A DNA stretch of 64,000 nucleotides, taken from NCBI GenBank assembly GCA_964584475.1, contig CAZPAF010000005.1:13998-77997 (forward strand), in the 5' to 3' direction. The notes below the pieces were generated by a model, which was not told the origin of the DNA, did no database searches, and worked only from the letters and a program-made list of their open reading frames with translations. Below are positions 63,016 to 64,000 of the stretch, piece after piece. Source of the stretch: an uncultured Lachnospiraceae bacterium (lineage in GTDB: Bacteria; Bacillota; Clostridia; TANB77; CAG-508). The number at the start of each line of letters is the position of its first letter. The first letter of the stretch is position 1. Made by a program: the position numbers and the translations under genes.

Positions 63016-63214
63016 ATTTTTTTCTCCGTTTCATAATAATATTTAAATTTAACCCTTATATTAATTATAAATAAAATCTAATAAAAAAACAATAAGTATT
63101 AAATTTTTTATGAAAAGGATTTTTAATATAAAAATAAATCTAAAATTAGTTTTGAAAACTTGAAAAAATGGCAAAAGTATTATAAAATATTACAGATATT
63201 TGGAGGAATGAAAA

Positions 63215-64000
63215 ATGCAAGAAAATCAAGAAAAATTCATGGAATTAGTAAAACAAGAAAATGTAGGTAAAAAATTAAAATATGCTATTTTGACAATGGG
63301 ATGCCAGTTAAATGAAAATGATTCTGAAAAAATTTCTGGAATGCTAGAAGAAATGCAATATGAATATATAGAAGATTTTAAAGAAGCTGATTTAATTGTG
63401 TTTAATACATGTTGTGTTAGAGAAAATGCAGAAGAAAAGCTTTTTGGAAAAATCGGAGAAGTAAAAAAATTAAAAGAATCTAAAAATGTGATTTTAGCAA
63501 TTGGTGGATGTATGATGCAAGAACCTATAATGCTAGAAAAAATTAAAAAAAGTTATCCTTTTGTTAATATTATTTTTGGAACACATACAATGCAAAACCT
63601 TCCAGAAAATATTTATAAAGCAATAATAGAAAATAAAAAGGTAAAAGATATTATAGATATAGATGGCGAAATTTATGAAGGTTTACCAATAAAAAGAAAT
63701 AGTAGCTATAAAGCATCAGTAACAATCATGTATGGATGTAATAATTTTTGTAGTTATTGTATAGTTCCGTATGTAAGAGGAAGAGAAAGAAGCCGCATGC
63801 CAGAACTTATCTTAGAAGAAGTAAAAAGCTTAGCACAAGAAGGATATAAAGAGATTACATTACTTGGACAAAATGTAAATTCATATAAAGGAAATGAAAA
63901 AATTAAAAACTTTGCACAGCTTTTAAATGAGGTTTGCAAAATAGATGGTATTGAGAGAGTAAACTTTATTTCTCCTCATCCAAAAGATTTTACAGATGAT
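63215..64000 (+). CDS. miaB: tRNA-2-methylthio-N6-dimethylallyladenosine synthase MiaB (5' part; continues beyond the window)
   Basis: Not in the track because it is open-ended. ATG 63215 lies 8 nt after GGAGG. MQENQEKFMELVKQENVGKKLKYAILTMGCQLNENDSEKISGMLEE...ADLIVFNTCCVRENAEEK... and the radical-SAM motif CNNFCSYCIVPYVRG. Confidence 0.9.
   Translation, partial: MQENQEKFMELVKQENVGKKLKYAILTMGCQLNENDSEKISGMLEEMQYEYIEDFKEADLIVFNTCCVRENAEEKLFGKIGEVKKLKESKNVILAIGGCMMQEPIMLEKIKKSYPFVNIIFGTHTMQNLPENIYKAIIENKKVKDIIDIDGEIYEGLPIKRNSSYKASVTIMYGCNNFCSYCIVPYVRGRERSRMPELILEEVKSLAQEGYKEITLLGQNVNSYKGNEKIKNFAQLLNEVCKIDGIERVNFISPHPKDFTDD

Overview
About 64 kb of a very AT-rich chromosome, roughly 27-30% GC by eye. 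It looks like a spore-forming Firmicute of Clostridia type, since a cotJABC operon is present. Nearly all genes are on the + strand. Recognisable core genes are cysK, cotJA/B/C, feoAB, secG, rnr, rlmD-type methyltransferase, rdgB, rpmF, der, plsY, gpsA, dtd and miaB (3' partial). I found no rRNA, tRNA, CRISPR array, transposase or integrase. Seven things stand out. (1) A five-gene operon (22.5-27.4 kb) combines a homospermidine-synthase-like enzyme, a glutathionylspermidine-synthase-family ATP-grasp ligase, a DMT exporter, a DUF4178-like protein and an unknown ORF. This is my best candidate for an undescribed polyamine-conjugate system. (2) An 838-aa protein fuses an unknown N-domain, a complete adenosine-deaminase domain and a C-terminal SLOG/LOG-like domain (49.1-51.6 kb). 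(3) Three gene cassettes have clearly higher GC (about 40-45%) and non-host codon usage, with no mobility genes: 1-590, 21.24-22.48 kb (lipoprotein esterase) and 35.69-39.31 kb (TPM-TPM-LemA envelope module). (4) The cysK leader holds a 12-codon ORF with three consecutive Cys codons and an intrinsic terminator, and has no T-box. (5) A promoter, terminator-containing leader and Trp-rich 25-aa sORF precede a frameshifted SAM-methyltransferase and a GNAT gene. (6) There is an unusually dense run of nucleotide house-cleaning and small hydrolase genes (2 Ham1, 4 Nudix domains, PHP, HD, HAD, histidine phosphatase and others). (7) The CotJ proteins carry Cys/Asn-rich extensions. Three apparent frameshifts or overlaps suggest either assembly errors at short homopolymers or real gene decay. 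All functional calls rest on motif recognition by eye, and no database search was run.
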